From IMG/VR virus record IMGVR_UViG_3300033075_000957, positions 1-64,000 of that record: DNA of 64,000 bases. One strand, given 5' to 3'. The translations under genes were made by a program, and so were the position numbers. Below are positions 63,398 through 64,000 of this stretch, in pieces; the stretch's first letter is position 1, and each line of letters starts with the position of its first letter. The notes below the pieces were generated by a model. That model was not told the DNA's origin, ran no database searches, and saw only the letters and a list, made by a program, of their open reading frames with translations. The DNA comes from a virus (taxonomy: Duplodnaviria > Heunggongvirae > Uroviricota > Caudoviricetes).

Positions 63398-64000
63398 ATG
63401 AAGCGTCTTTTGGCGTTAATACTTATCACTTCCCTTTGTGTACCGTTATCTTCTTGCAAAACACTCGGTTTGGGTGGTCCGATCAAAGATAACGTTCAGG
63501 AAATTTATCAAAATACCACGAAAACTAGAAGTGAAGCAGATGTTGCCGCCAAAGAAGCACCGATTATTGCACCACGCATGCAGGTTATCAAAGAATCGCA
63601 GAATCAAATCGATTCTTTAGCTTCAAACATTGGTAAATCAAGTACAGCTACTGATAAAGAATTATTAGCTATTAAGAAAGAAAATGAATCTCTTAAGAAT
63701 AAAAATTCTCAATTATATAGTAAATGGCTCTATACCATTATTATTGCAGCCGGTCTATTTTGTACAGTCTCGGTTGCTCTTTTTCTACTCGGACATTTCA
63801 AGAGTCTTACTTTTACTGTCCTAAGTGCTAGCGTATTACTTGGAGCAATTGCTCTACAGTTTCTATTACAATATTTAATATGGATCGGTCTTGGCGTGAC
63901 TATAATTGTGGCGGGATGCGTGGTATACGCCGTATGGAAAAACAAAAATGCTCTTAAACAAACTGTACGAACCGTCGAGGAAACCAAGCCTTTAATCGCT
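63398..64000 (+). CDS. lipoprotein with coiled-coil middle and C-terminal TM segments (3' partial; u-spanin-like architecture)
   Basis: MKRLLALILITSLCVPLSSC lipobox; later ..IIIAAGLFCTVSVALFLL.. TM; runs off the window end. Confidence 0.4.
   Translation, partial: MKRLLALILITSLCVPLSSCKTLGLGGPIKDNVQEIYQNTTKTRSEADVAAKEAPIIAPRMQVIKESQNQIDSLASNIGKSSTATDKELLAIKKENESLKNKNSQLYSKWLYTIIIAAGLFCTVSVALFLLGHFKSLTFTVLSASVLLGAIALQFLLQYLIWIGLGVTIIVAGCVVYAVWKNKNALKQTVRTVEETKPLIA

Noticed and set aside
1-64000. Prophage integrase, attachment sites or transposase signatures
   Set aside because: None seen: no tyrosine or serine recombinase motifs and no flanking direct repeats. Mobility here appears limited to homing endonucleases and the intein.

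Overview
This window is AT-rich (roughly 35% GC) and almost entirely plus-strand coding. It is densely packed with about 130 short-to-medium ORFs, many with GGAGG-type ribosome-binding sites. The organisation looks like a large virulent tailed phage (T4-like or jumbo-phage-like), not a bacterial chromosome. I can support:

- Eight tRNA genes: Lys-TTT, a TAT-anticodon tRNA (putatively Ile), Leu-TAA, Arg-TCT, Ile-GAT, a type-II tRNA of uncertain identity, a Tyr-paralog with an aberrant anticodon loop, and Tyr-GTA.
- At least seven free-standing homing endonucleases (HNH / HNH_3 / Vsr-like PD-(D/E)xK) and a LAGLIDADG intein inside a ribonucleotide reductase.
- A recurrent promoter-like motif TAGTGTATAW in front of about 12 genes on both strands, and a sigma-like factor gene.

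Recognisable functions cluster in four areas:

- RNA biology: a SpoU-family methyltransferase and an adjacent radical SAM enzyme; an RlmN/Cfr-like radical SAM methyltransferase; an HD phosphohydrolase followed by an RNA ligase with an N-terminal tRNA-binding OB domain; peptide deformylase; an RMF-like small ORF; and a Ro60/TROVE–vWA protein preceded by an array of Y-RNA/tRNA-like modules that carry a GGGCCGAAG motif resembling the Ro-binding sequence.
- Nucleotide metabolism: a ThyX-like gene, dUTPase, dCMP deaminase, a second CDA-fold deaminase, and a class II-like ribonucleotide reductase (RNR) with the intein.
- NAD salvage: NadV and an NMN adenylyltransferase.
- A sugar- or polyol-phosphate cassette (PRK-family kinase, nucleotidyltransferase, two GDPD-like paralogs, class II aldolase-like protein) near a GT10 fucosyltransferase-like gene, a GNAT acetyltransferase and an opposite-strand beta-helix tailspike-like gene.

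Other notable features are a (GGTCTN)x36 hexanucleotide tract, a frameshifted HNH gene, a two-gene GC-rich island, and several long structured intergenic regions.
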